This document shows, piece by piece, positions 8,729 through 19,385 of a stretch of DNA of 64,000 nt. The stretch is taken from the IMG/VR virus record IMGVR_UViG_3300017593_002054; one strand, given 5' to 3'. Position numbers and translations under genes: made by a program. Origin of the DNA: a virus. The notes under the pieces were generated by a model that saw only the letters and a list, made by a program, of their open reading frames with translations, did no database searches and had not been told where the DNA came from. The first letter of the stretch is position 1, and every line of letters begins with the position of its first letter.

Positions 8729-11364
8729 ACCTCCGCATACCAGTCAAAGGAAAGTTTGGTATTGTTTGATGGGGCTGTTGAAAATGTGATGGTGAATGTA
8801 GTAGATGATTTTGCAGATACCCACCAAGTGGCAGATGCCATGCTTGAATTTGTTGGAGTAACTAAAACAATAGATGGAGTTGCACCAAATGATGTTGGAA
8901 ACGATATTGAGAATGATGTGTTTGTTCCATCTCCTGTTATTTCAGATGAACCTGAGTTTTCGGTGGTGTAACCGATATTGCATTTTATAACTACATTTAC
9001 ATTATTGCCACCATCATTAAACTTTAGATTACCTATTGCCAAGAATTCATTTTCCAATAAGTAGATATTATTACAATAAACATATCTAATACCATATCTT
9101 GCAATACCATCCAGCATGTTATTACTAACAGTCGAGTTATACACATAATTCAACTGCATCCCATCATAATTTGTTGTGTTCCGTATAATGTTATTTGATA
9201 TCATACAACTATGTGTGTATATTGTTGTGTCATACACAGAACGAGCCACAAATATTCCATTTGATACTGAATCTTTAATTATATTACCACTAACAATTAC
9301 TCTATTAGCACCTGATATACGAATTCCAGTATCAAAATTTTCTATTATATTTCCTTTCACAACTATATCTTGTATTTCATATGCTGGACTTGGATTGTCA
9401 ACTGGTTTATATACATGTATTCCATCTTGTTCTCCATTCCCAATTATGCGATTATTTGCAATTACTGTTTTATCTCCAGGATGTGTCCATATACCAGAGC
9501 CATGACAATCTCCAATATAATTCCCCACTATTGTAGCCCCATTATTACCTGTGCTTATGGCTGGTTGCGAAAGTCCACTACTACAATTATTGATTACATT
9601 GTTAGATATCACATTTCCATGTCTTATACCACCGCTCTTTGAATCTTCAATCCAATTCCCTATAACCTGCCAATACTGATTTCCGCCATGAGTATGAATC
9701 GCAGCAAAATATCCGCTGCAATTCCTAATTATATTATTATGTATTAATATTTTACCCTCAGTAAGCAAACCACTTATACTCTCACTACCTGTATTGAGCA
9801 AAAGACAACTATCTATCTCTATATCATCTGCGTATTTAAGTATCCCTATACCTATGCCTGAAGATAGAAAATCTGCTGTGCTACTACTGGGCGGACTTGT
9901 ATCATCATTTTGATTAGAACCATTTATACAAAGATTTCTAATTATTATTTTACTTGCTGTTTTATTTGCATCAGTATCATTTCCTATCACTATTACAGGA
10001 AAAGTGCCATCTGGTTTTAGGATTGCTCCCCAGCTTTCACCTTCTACAACAATATTTTTCTTTGCCTCAATATGTAAATATGTTGAAGTATGATAGATAC
10101 CACCCTTTATAATTATATTACCACTATTTAAAATATCAATTGTATTTTGTATCACTGTTGTTGCGTTTCCTGAATAATCAATTTTACCTGTCGAGCCATT
10201 CATTGCATAAACATTAGTTCCATCAGTCCAAATGATATATGATGCTGGATATTTCAAGTTGAATGCTGAAATGTTGTTAACAGTTAGATTATATGGGCTT
10301 ATGTCAATGTCAGAATTTGCATTTGAACCATCCAGTTTCAAAAATTGGTCGCTGAAAATCTCCAAATTTATGGGTATTTCCCAGTGGGACTTTGAAGTGC
10401 CATTGAAATATATTTCAATATCAGGTGCAGAACCGCTGCCAGATACATCGGCATAGATTTTACCCACAACATATGAACCATCAGCAAGGGTGTAGTCATC
10501 GCTGAGTGTTAATGTGATTATATAGGAGTTCTTTGAATTTAATATTTCATTACTGATGACAGAAGTAGCAATCACGTTCTCTGTGGTATCTGATTTCCTT
10601 TCTATCAACTTCCAGTATAGCCTCAACGTCTTTGTTCCGCCTGTCTTTTCGGCGTAAATATGCCAGTTATACACCCCTTTTATGAGTTTGCTCATGGATG
10701 TATCTGGAGAAATCCATCCAGCGATGTAATCATCATCAGCAAGTCCTGTTTTTGTAACTGAATCTTCGCTACCTGATGGTGGAGATAACTGTGTTAATTT
10801 GTAATCTGAAATGCCTGATGAATTGCCTATCATATAGTATCTTGCACCCAGTGATGTCACAGCATGGTCTACATACTCTCTATCAACTATATGATGCAAG
10901 TCAGTTAAATTCGGTCTATCAGAAGCATAATGCCACAGGTCGTCAGAGGCAAGATAGGAAACAAGCGTGCCGTTATGCCACATCTCCAGTTGGTCTGATG
11001 TTGAGTTATATTTGTATTCATAGTCATAATTTGCACCCCATGTTAAATTACCTGAATTTGGAAGTTTTACCCAATCTGTTGCTAGAAACTGGTCGGTTAT
11101 GTTGGTAGAACCCCATGAAGGATTGCCTTCATATTTATACCATCTTATCCAATCATTGGCTGTCCAGTTTGCTGTGAGTTGCTCTACTGTCGTTCCATGC
11201 TCTTGTGCATACTCTTGCAAACTGCCAAAAATGGTAGATGGGTAGTTCCCTGATTGCGGTTGCGTGCCCATTTGGTTATTAAAAATCATCGGGCTTACAG
11301 ATATGGACAACATCACAGTTACTAATATAACTGCCAGCGTATTGCCCCTAAATTTTCCTGACAT
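8725..11364 (-). CDS. Membrane-anchored right-handed beta-helix (tailspike/pectate-lyase-like) adhesin
   Basis: N-terminal hydrophobic helix; YPASYIIWTDG..YAMNG.TGKI.Y..NA..VIQ..ID neck; I.GN.I / I.NN.I repeats; C-terminal P..VLVTP..WVS..STTFTI.F..AP small beta domain. Confidence 0.75.
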   Translation of the reverse strand: MSGKFRGNTLAVILVTVMLSISVSPMIFNNQMGTQPQSGNYPSTIFGSLQEYAQEHGTTVEQLTANWTANDWIRWYKYEGNPSWGSTNITDQFLATDWVKLPNSGNLTWGANYDYEYKYNSTSDQLEMWHNGTLVSYLASDDLWHYASDRPNLTDLHHIVDREYVDHAVTSLGARYYMIGNSSGISDYKLTQLSPPSGSEDSVTKTGLADDDYIAGWISPDTSMSKLIKGVYNWHIYAEKTGGTKTLRLYWKLIERKSDTTENVIATSVISNEILNSKNSYIITLTLSDDYTLADGSYVVGKIYADVSGSGSAPDIEIYFNGTSKSHWEIPINLEIFSDQFLKLDGSNANSDIDISPYNLTVNNISAFNLKYPASYIIWTDGTNVYAMNGSTGKIDYSGNATTVIQNTIDILNSGNIIIKGGIYHTSTYLHIEAKKNIVVEGESWGAILKPDGTFPVIVIGNDTDANKTASKIIIRNLCINGSNQNDDTSPPSSSTADFLSSGIGIGILKYADDIEIDSCLLLNTGSESISGLLTEGKILIHNNIIRNCSGYFAAIHTHGGNQYWQVIGNWIEDSKSGGIRHGNVISNNVINNCSSGLSQPAISTGNNGATIVGNYIGDCHGSGIWTHPGDKTVIANNRIIGNGEQDGIHVYKPVDNPSPAYEIQDIVVKGNIIENFDTGIRISGANRVIVSGNIIKDSVSNGIFVARSVYDTTIYTHSCMISNNIIRNTTNYDGMQLNYVYNSTVSNNMLDGIARYGIRYVYCNNIYLLENEFLAIGNLKFNDGGNNVNVVIKCNIGYTTENSGSSEITGDGTNTSFSISFPTSFGATPSIVLVTPTNSSMASATWWVSAKSSTTFTITFSTAPSNNTKLSFDWYAEV

Positions 11365-11438
11365 GATTATAAAATGCAGTAATGCTTAAAAAACTTTGCT
11401 ATGGAAAACATTATTTACCCCAAAACAGATACATTATC

Positions 11439-12053
11439 ATGGCGCAATGGAAGAAATTGCTGTTCAACCACGATGTTTCTGATGTTGAAGGGGAAGTGTG
11501 GAAATTCAGCTTCGGCAAAGCCATCGTATGGGCTATTTTCTTTCTTTTCATATCCATCACGGTGTACGGAATGTATTTCACAAAGAGCCCCGGTGACTTC
11601 TTCAGGACTGTCATACTGTATATGATAATAATATCGGTGGCGGTGGTCACAATCCTTATCAGCGCCAGAACCATATCTAGAGGAAAAGAACTGCTGACAA
11701 GATTTCTGCTTATATTCATTTCACTGGTGTTTGTTTATGGGGTTGCCGGCATGATATTCAACGAAATGGGGATATATCCTTTTTACATGGGATTTACTAC
11801 ATGGATTGTGCTGACGGCACTGGCAGGATATGGCGCCACAAGGGATTATATTTTCAACGGAAAGATTGATAGGCATGATCTGTTTTACTGCCTTCTGGTG
11901 TTTGTAATTATCGTTGGAGGTAACTTCCCGATAACAGGCAATTCAGGAGTCATAGAAAACATCGATGTTCTTGTGAATAGAATTATGGATTATATTCCTA
12001 TGTTGACGCATGTGATGGGCAGGATTCCTGTCAACAATACAACTGTGCCGTGA
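11439..12053 (+). CDS. Multi-pass membrane protein
   Basis: Five or more hydrophobic helices; start chosen at ATG 11439. Confidence 0.7.
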   Translation: MAQWKKLLFNHDVSDVEGEVWKFSFGKAIVWAIFFLFISITVYGMYFTKSPGDFFRTVILYMIIISVAVVTILISARTISRGKELLTRFLLIFISLVFVYGVAGMIFNEMGIYPFYMGFTTWIVLTALAGYGATRDYIFNGKIDRHDLFYCLLVFVIIVGGNFPITGNSGVIENIDVLVNRIMDYIPMLTHVMGRIPVNNTTVP

Positions 12054-12163
12054 TTCAAAAGGTAGCCAATAGAATGTGGCAGTAATTATTTATAAGATTT
12101 ACTGTTTTTGGACATTTATCCATAAAGTTCACCCGTCTATGAATGCCCGTTGCACGGCATAAT

Positions 12164-12592
12164 TTACCATTCCCCCATTTTAGTTATGATTCTGCTATAT
12201 CTGCCGGGGTCGTTCTTCATTTCTTTTTTAAGGGTACTGAGTATATCTCTCCTTGCATATCGTGCCTGACCGGAAGTTATTATGCCTTTCCTATAGAGCA
12301 ATCTTATGCCCGATACTGAGATAATGTATTTCTTTGGACCATACGGGTAGGTTTCTATTGGATATACATATCTGCACCTATTAGTGTTGGCAAGGTATTG
12401 CAACTGACCTTTCAGGCTGTCAATTGTCGGTAGGATATTTCGTATCTCGTCAATATCCCATATCTCGCTTATGGTGAGTGCTCCCCAGCCATAGTGATCA
12501 TACATGACTTTCAGCACTCTCAGCCACTTGGGGAGGGGGCGGGGAGGGCGACTAGCACGATATTCTTGCGCCATGAGAGTATAATATTGCAA
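12164..12592 (-). CDS. Putative winged-helix DNA-binding protein
   Basis: ALTISEIW..SLKGQLQYLA..KKYIISVSGI pattern; basic; adjacent to candidate origin. Confidence 0.5.
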   Translation of the reverse strand: MQYYTLMAQEYRASRPPRPLPKWLRVLKVMYDHYGWGALTISEIWDIDEIRNILPTIDSLKGQLQYLANTNRCRYVYPIETYPYGPKKYIISVSGIRLLYRKGIITSGQARYARRDILSTLKKEMKNDPGRYSRIITKMGEW

Positions 12593-12699
12593 TTACTTAT
12601 AAGTATTACGCCGTGAGGTAATGCCGAGTTTTCAAAACCTGATTTCTCAATCCCATGTTAGTTTACATTACGAGCATAAATGGTTTATAAGTAATTATG

Positions 12700-12965
12700 A
12701 TAACTCTGGAGAGAGGTATATATATACCTCCTACAATGTAGCTGGAAAAAGTATAGGGCATGTGAAAAATCGCTATATTTAATAAGCGAAAAGTATAAAT
12801 ATATATAATATATATAATATATATAATATATACATACATAAAGGTATATTTATACCCTTGCACTAACGTTTATATACTACATCGTATAACTTTCATAATA
12901 TATAAATTAATAGATATATTTATATACAACATAGAAAAATTGGGTTTTGAGGGTATACCTTTTTT
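12700..12965. other. Candidate replication origin
   Basis: AT-rich intergenic region; perfect palindrome GAGGTATATATATACCTC (12713-12730); TATATATAA x3 (12800-12826); further GGTATA/TATACC inverted sites near 12841 and 12950; near cdc6. Confidence 0.5.
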
Positions 12966-13034
12966 CAATTTACATTGTAGGGTGGATATACATACAACTC
13001 GCCCGAACATACGTAAATGTAAGGCAAAAAGTTT

Positions 13035-14393
13035 ATGAGTTTGGAAATGCTCCATTTTTGAGGTCATACTGTTAACCTCAATGGGTGACTCACGGCACCC
13101 TCTATCCCGTCTGCGCTCCATTTCTGAAATGCTTTCGGGATTGCTTTTCTTATTATGTTGTATCCTGCATTCACATCGGCGTTCACTATCAGTCCTTTTG
13201 CCGTTCTGAATAGCCCTCTGGATATTCTCTTTCCCATGTAAGGTTCTCTATGTTCTATTGGTTCATTGTCAAAAAATGAGCATTTTGATGTGTGTGCTTC
13301 ATCTTGGATAATGATATCTATGCCTTCCTCTTCTACTTTGTATTGGATTTTCTCTATGAGTTTGTATAATGGTATGCCTACAAATGTCTGATTGTTTCTT
13401 CTGCCCATATTTACCCTCTGTTTCCAGTCTTTGTTGTATCCTATGACCAATGTTCCAATATCATGCTCCACGCACCATTTTGCTATAACCCTGCTTACTT
13501 TGTGGAAGAAGTCGTTCAGCTTGCGTTCCCGCTTCACCGACAGTTTCTTTGCTTTTTTTCCTGTTCTTACTTTTTGTTTTGCATAGATGCTTTGTAATCT
13601 TGCCATCTCTTTGTTGAAATATTGGTTGATGCTCTTTGCTACCCCACCCTTAACAACAATCGGCTTCTCTCCGATGTTGTTTACCATGGTTATGAGGTTG
13701 CGAACTCCAATATCAATTCCCGCAATCCTATCCTTATTCCTCTTCGGCAGGTTTATCTTTTTCTCATATACTATTTCAAGCAGATATCCCACTCCTTTCG
13801 GGATGATTCTTACCTCCCTCAAACTTATTTTCTTGCCTTTACCTCCTTTACTTTCATCAATTCTTCCCAGTCTTGTTTTCACCTCCAGTCCTACCATCTT
13901 CGGTAGGATTAACCATCCATTTCTCAACTTTGCCTGCTGATTCGTGAATACGAGCATAAACTCGCCATCCTTTCTTTTGTAATGTGGCATTCTTGGTTGC
14001 TCCTTGAACTTATCAGGATGAGCCTTCCATTCTTTCATTGCCCTAAAAAATGCCTTCCAGTTCCTATCCAGAATTTTTAATGTCTGTTGTGCAGTCTGTG
14101 CCGGCAGTTCCTTGTAGTTCTCAGATGTTTTGAGTACGCCAGCCAATTTATTGTATCTTAACCACTTGCCCGATAGAAATAACTCCTGACGGATAATATA
14201 GTTTGCCTCATTGTAGAGATTCTTGGAGAGATGGCACAGCCTGCCTATTTTATCATTGGGTTTCAACCATATCCGTTCCGTTCGTTTCACCACCTGCTCG
14301 GCTTCCACAATCATAAACATGAATAAGTATATAAGGGTATAGGGGAGGGAAAGAATGCTATTTAAACCCTCCGATTGAAGGATTTCTGAACTG
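13035..14393 (-). mobile_element. IS200/IS605 family, tnpB-only (IS1341-like) element
   Basis: Left end CAGTTCAGAAATCCTTCAATCGGAGGGTTT shared with the copy at 36276, both preceded by TTAT; right end approximate. Confidence 0.8.
13064..14320 (-). CDS. tnpB: TnpB RNA-guided endonuclease
   Basis: N-terminal HTH (LCHLSKNLYNEANY), RuvC-I IAGIDIGVRN, RuvC-II QDEAHTSKCS, RuvC-III NADVNAGYNI. Confidence 0.95.
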   Translation of the reverse strand: MFMIVEAEQVVKRTERIWLKPNDKIGRLCHLSKNLYNEANYIIRQELFLSGKWLRYNKLAGVLKTSENYKELPAQTAQQTLKILDRNWKAFFRAMKEWKAHPDKFKEQPRMPHYKRKDGEFMLVFTNQQAKLRNGWLILPKMVGLEVKTRLGRIDESKGGKGKKISLREVRIIPKGVGYLLEIVYEKKINLPKRNKDRIAGIDIGVRNLITMVNNIGEKPIVVKGGVAKSINQYFNKEMARLQSIYAKQKVRTGKKAKKLSVKRERKLNDFFHKVSRVIAKWCVEHDIGTLVIGYNKDWKQRVNMGRRNNQTFVGIPLYKLIEKIQYKVEEEGIDIIIQDEAHTSKCSFFDNEPIEHREPYMGKRISRGLFRTAKGLIVNADVNAGYNIIRKAIPKAFQKWSADGIEGAVSHPLRLTV

Positions 14394-14519
14394 ATAACTC
14401 AGAAAACCCAATTGCGTAACTACATTGTAGTATCCTTACCAAAATCTATATATAGCCATATTGCATTATGGCTTTTGATGACGAAAAGTATTGGGGATAT
14501 CAAAAAACTGACTGATTTT

Positions 14520-15680
14520 ATGGATAACAAGGACAGCATATTCAAAAATGCCACTGTTCTCACCGAAGAATATATCCCTGATAAATTCTTATACAGAGAG
14601 GATGAAATACATCAGATATTTTTTAACATATCCGCATTCTTTCACGGAATAAAGCCAAACAATATGCTGATACTCGGTCCGCCAAGTAGCGGTAAGACCC
14701 ACATAATGCAAGCAATAACCGATACACTCAATGAGGAGGCGGTCAGAAAGGATATAAAAGTCAAATATATATATGTCAATGTTGGCAATGCGTCTCTGCC
14801 CGGCGCCCTGTCCGATACTGCCCGTGAGATGGGTATGATTATCAGCAAAAAGCTTGGTCTGTCCATAGCCGGCATAATAAAGAGGAATATGAATGGATAT
14901 AAGTATTGCTTTGTGTTTGATGAATTTGACAGACTGAAGCCCACCAAGGAATACAGAAATCCATATGATTACCTGTTAAATATATTTTCAAGGATGGGCA
15001 GTGGCGTATGCGTGGTTGCCATTGCAAACAACAAAAACATTATGAATAGAATAGAACCACCAACAAAATCGTCATATTCTCCGATTCAGATGTATTTCAG
15101 GGCGTATAACGCCAGCGAGATTACTGAAATTCTCAAATATAGATGCAATGAGGCGTTTGAAAGTGAAATCATTGATGAATCTGTCATAGAAAGATTCAGC
15201 GCATGGGTGTACAAGACAGGACTGGATCTCAGAACAGCATTCAAGGTATTGCTCAATGCGGGCTACATGATTGTTGACAGCAAAAAAACCAGCATAACAT
15301 TTGAGGATTTGAGCACAGCATTCAAGCGGGTGGAGAAAGATATGTTGCATGACATGTTATCCAAATTCAATGATACGGAAATATTGCTCATCCACTCGGT
15401 GGCAACGGCGCAGAAATACAACAGTGGTATGGATGTGGAGAAAAACATAGTTTACAACGTGTACACCAAGATATGCAACGAGATAGGAAATGTGCCGTTG
15501 ACATGGCGCCATCTCAATACATATATATTCCCGAATCTCGAATTGCAGGGAATAATAAAAAAGGATGTCAGAGGCAAGGGTATGGGTAAGGGTACGGCAA
15601 CATTCTTTTCGCTTGACGGCGCCGAGCCCGATGAAATCACCAGCATAACGACTGAAGAGATAAATAGGAGGATAAGATGA
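14520..15680 (+). CDS. cdc6: Cdc6/Orc1 replication initiator
   Basis: LTEEYIPDKFLYREDEI, Walker A GPPSSGKT, Walker B FVFDEFD, C-terminal wHTH; start uncertain (14478 or 14520). Confidence 0.9.
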   Translation: MDNKDSIFKNATVLTEEYIPDKFLYREDEIHQIFFNISAFFHGIKPNNMLILGPPSSGKTHIMQAITDTLNEEAVRKDIKVKYIYVNVGNASLPGALSDTAREMGMIISKKLGLSIAGIIKRNMNGYKYCFVFDEFDRLKPTKEYRNPYDYLLNIFSRMGSGVCVVAIANNKNIMNRIEPPTKSSYSPIQMYFRAYNASEITEILKYRCNEAFESEIIDESVIERFSAWVYKTGLDLRTAFKVLLNAGYMIVDSKKTSITFEDLSTAFKRVEKDMLHDMLSKFNDTEILLIHSVATAQKYNSGMDVEKNIVYNVYTKICNEIGNVPLTWRHLNTYIFPNLELQGIIKKDVRGKGMGKGTATFFSLDGAEPDEITSITTEEINRRIR

Positions 15681-15819
15681 CTGGGAGAGTATTTACGAAG
15701 GAAGAATGGAAGAAAGAATATCAGGCGTTACATAGTCTTTCTGGTATAATTGTTTCTGATGAGGATGCAGAAGACGCATTTCGGAGAGAGATATTTGTGG
15801 GATTGATTGAGGAGGTAAA

Positions 15820-16137
15820 ATGAATAGAAAAGTAAAATGGGTAATTGCGGGCATACTGGTTGCCAGTATACTGTTTTCTTCCATATATGTATACAACATA
15901 TACAAGCCAGAAGATATATATTTGGAAGGAACAGTTGCAGGTGTATGGATACACCAAAATACTGCTGTTATTGCAATTGCAGCAAATGAAAAATATTATA
16001 CATTTAGATGTTATCTCACATGGGGCATAGTGTTATTGCAATATTCAAACGAAAGCCAGCTATACCGCTTTCATTTGACAAAATCAAAATCAGACGAATG
16101 CTATAATCTATATTTTGAGGAGGTCGAGCAAAAATGA
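15820..16137 (+). CDS. Small membrane-anchored hypothetical protein
   Basis: N-terminal TM, GGAGG RBS. Confidence 0.6.
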   Translation: MNRKVKWVIAGILVASILFSSIYVYNIYKPEDIYLEGTVAGVWIHQNTAVIAIAANEKYYTFRCYLTWGIVLLQYSNESQLYRFHLTKSKSDECYNLYFEEVEQK

Positions 16138-16461
16138 AAGGATGCACTACATGTAAACACTACAAATCTGAATATCATCCTCTATATGAACAATCTTTTT
16201 TGGTTTGCAAGCATCCAAAAAGAGATGAGAGATGGGATGTAGGATGGGGTCTAACAGAAGATTGTCCTTATTGGGAAGGAAAGCAGGAGGTCGAGCAAAA
16301 ATGATAGAACTTCCAGAATGCAAATACCAGTGTGATTGTCAGCAATGCTATTACACTGGGAAAAGATGCAAGCATCCAGAAATTTATCATAAGTATGACA
16401 AACAACCATTCTGTTCAGAAATATTGTTAAAAGGAGAATGCCCTGAAGGTAAGGAGATAAA

Positions 16462-16761
16462 ATGAAATGCCCTACTTGTGGTAGAGAAGTAAGGACTACT
16501 ATCGGAAAAAGATGCCGATCTTGCTTATCGGAAATAGAATACTTCTATATGACAAAATACAGTGGAAGAATACATATTTCAATAAAAACAGCATTGAAAG
16601 ACTATAGTTGTTCATGCTGTGGTAATATAATACGAAAAGGCGAAAAATATGAGCATTCCAAAAGATATACTTCCAGATACAATTCTAAAACAAATCCATA
16701 TGAAACCATAAGATTGTGTATGAATTGTGTAAATGCGTTGCAGGAGGTAAAGATAAAATGA
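16462..16761 (+). CDS. Zinc-finger protein
   Basis: CPTC..CRSC and CSCC..C..C pairs. Confidence 0.6.
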   Translation: MKCPTCGREVRTTIGKRCRSCLSEIEYFYMTKYSGRIHISIKTALKDYSCSCCGNIIRKGEKYEHSKRYTSRYNSKTNPYETIRLCMNCVNALQEVKIK

Positions 16762-17223
16762 AGGATATAATAATTAATGGAGAAACAGTCGGGGCTGTTT
16801 ATATATATAAGGAAAAAGGTAAAAATAAAATTATGTTCTTACCAAAAAGCAAAGAGGATAAAGCAATTACATTCAGAAGCACAACAGGGCTACTCAATTA
16901 TCTTCGCAAACTTGGTGTATCCCATGATGACGTAATAGCAACTTGTTTGTATGTTGGGGCTAAATTGTTACAATTGAAAAAGGATAAAATGAGAGCAGAA
17001 ATCCAAGAATTTGCTGAAGCGATGGAAAAGGAAATGCAAAGACATGACCCTGAGAAAGGAGATAGTTGGAAATCAATGCCTATTAAGGATTTGGAAGAGA
17101 TATTGGAAGGTGTAATAGAAGATTACCGATATGCTGGTGATTACTGGGAGGAAATGGAAGAATTAATTGATGTTGCAAACGTTGCCATGATGTTATGGCA
17201 TCGTTATAAGCAGGAGGTAAATC

Positions 17224-19293
17224 ATGAATCCAGATAGAAACCTACAAACCCTTGAGGAAGAATGGTATCGTGTGCTGTTTGACCATTTCAAAGCCGAGAT
17301 AGAGGATGCTGCACTGCGTGGCAATAAAAGCGTTACATTGAGCTGGCAGACCCTTGCAGGCTATGATATAAACCCGGACCTTGCTGACTTCACACTGCAA
17401 AAGCCCTACCTCTCATTGTTTGCAGCAGAAGAAGCGTTGAAGCGTATAGATGTTGCTGCTGACCCGAACCCTCTAAAATATGTCCGGCTTGTTGACCTTC
17501 CGGAGCATGCCAAGAGAAGAATATCGGACATACGGGCTGCAAGCCTCGGCAAGCTTATTTCAGTTGACGGCATAGTGAGAAAAATAACCGAAGTCAGACC
17601 CAAAGTAACAGATGCAAAGTTCCAGTGTTTGAAATGTGGTGCCGTGATAAGCGTTGCCCAGCAATCATCCGAGGAACTGAAAGAGCCCGCATACTGTTAT
17701 GAAGACCAGGGCGGATGCGGAAGGGGGACAAAATTCAAACTGCTTGACGAAGAAAGCAACTACATAGATACGCAAAAAATATTGTTGCAGGAAAATCCTG
17801 AAGGGCTGAGAGGAGAGCCTCAGAACCTCACCATATATGCAGATGATGACCTTGCAGGGCTTGTAATGCCCGGCGACAGGGTGACAGTTGTGGGTATTCT
17901 TCACGGCATGACGAGGTATGCAGGAAAGAAAAAGCTCACCACGCTGAGAAAAGTCCTTGACGCTGTTTCATTTGTCCACAAGGAATATGCATTTGAGGAA
18001 ATAGAAGTCAGCCCCGAAGAGGAGAAGATGATCAAGGAAGCATCCAGCAAACCCGACATATATGATTTGTTCGTGCAGTCCATTGCCCCGACAATATATG
18101 GTATGGACATAGAGAAACATGCATTGCTGCTGCAACTGTTCGGCGGTGTGCCCAAAGAGATGCCTGACGGCACAAGGATAAGGGGGGATATCCACATACT
18201 GCTTGTCGGGGATCCCAGCACGGCTAAAAGCCAGTTGCTTAAAAGTATAGCCAACATTGCGCCGAGAAGTATGTTCACATCCGGCAAATCCAGCAGCGCA
18301 GCAGGGTTGACCGCCTCTGCCGTCAGAAGCGATGATTTCGGGGAGGGTAAGTGGACACTTGAGGCTGGTGCCCTCGTGCTTGCGGATATGGGCACTGCAA
18401 TCATTGATGAGATAGATAAGATGCGCCCGCAGGATAGAGATGCGCTTCACCCGGCGATGGAACAGCAGGAGATTTCGATAGCAAAAGCAGGGATAAACGC
18501 AACGCTTAAAACAAGATGTGCAGTTCTGGCTGCTGCCAACCCCAGTTTGGGCAGATTTGACATATTCAAAGACATAGTGGAACAGATAAACCTGCCTTCC
18601 ACGCTGTTATCACGTTTTGATTTGATATTTCCGATTACGGACAGACCGAATGTTGAGAGGGACAGCAGGCTGGCAAGCCACATACTGAAGGTTCACAGGA
18701 TAGGCGAGACAAGGGGCACAAATCTGGACAGCGACATGATAGAGGCAACTGACGAAATCACTCCACTGTTCGACAGGGACTTCATAAGGAAGTATATATC
18801 TTTCGCAAAAACTCACATAAAACCCGTTTTGACGCAGGAGGCAGAGGATGCAATAAAGGACTTCTATCTTCAGTTGAGGGCAGCATCAAATTATGACACG
18901 GGCATTGCCATTGCTCCACGTCAGATTGAGGCGATGGTAAGGCTGGCTGAAGCTTCGGCAAGGGTGCGCCTGTCATCTCTTGTGACCAGAGAGGATGCTG
19001 AGAGGGCGATAAATCTGATGAAATATTACATAAAGATGGTGGCGATGGAGGATAACTACATGGATATAGACAAGATTGAGACAGGGATAGCGCATAAGGG
19101 AAGGGGCAGATTGCAGGCATTGGAGGAAGCGATAAAGGCATTGGAGGAAGAATACGGTTATGCAAGCATGGACAAACTTCTCATATGGGCGAGAGAGCAT
19201 GGGTATGAGGAATACCTTGAACAGGACTTGGCGCACATGAAGCAGATGGGAAAACTGTTTGAGCCAAAGAGTGGGAATTATAAGAGGACATAG
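17224..19293 (+). CDS. mcm: MCM replicative helicase
   Basis: Zn finger CLKC..C..GC, Walker A GDPSTAKSQ, IDEIDKM, AAANP, SRFD arginine finger, C-terminal wHTH. Confidence 0.97.
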   Translation: MNPDRNLQTLEEEWYRVLFDHFKAEIEDAALRGNKSVTLSWQTLAGYDINPDLADFTLQKPYLSLFAAEEALKRIDVAADPNPLKYVRLVDLPEHAKRRISDIRAASLGKLISVDGIVRKITEVRPKVTDAKFQCLKCGAVISVAQQSSEELKEPAYCYEDQGGCGRGTKFKLLDEESNYIDTQKILLQENPEGLRGEPQNLTIYADDDLAGLVMPGDRVTVVGILHGMTRYAGKKKLTTLRKVLDAVSFVHKEYAFEEIEVSPEEEKMIKEASSKPDIYDLFVQSIAPTIYGMDIEKHALLLQLFGGVPKEMPDGTRIRGDIHILLVGDPSTAKSQLLKSIANIAPRSMFTSGKSSSAAGLTASAVRSDDFGEGKWTLEAGALVLADMGTAIIDEIDKMRPQDRDALHPAMEQQEISIAKAGINATLKTRCAVLAAANPSLGRFDIFKDIVEQINLPSTLLSRFDLIFPITDRPNVERDSRLASHILKVHRIGETRGTNLDSDMIEATDEITPLFDRDFIRKYISFAKTHIKPVLTQEAEDAIKDFYLQLRAASNYDTGIAIAPRQIEAMVRLAEASARVRLSSLVTREDAERAINLMKYYIKMVAMEDNYMDIDKIETGIAHKGRGRLQALEEAIKALEEEYGYASMDKLLIWAREHGYEEYLEQDLAHMKQMGKLFEPKSGNYKRT

Positions 19294-19350
19294 CCCAAAA
19301 TATCTGATGGTAGTTGGGGACATTGATATACCCGCCCAAAGCGAAAGTTT

Positions 19351-19369
19351 TAATACCAATTTGGTATTA
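19351..19369. promoter_or_regulatory. Palindromic operator candidate
   Basis: TAATACCAA-T-TTGGTATTA, 16 nt upstream of the HTH gene start. Confidence 0.5.
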
Positions 19370-19385
19370 TAGTTGAAGGCATAAA

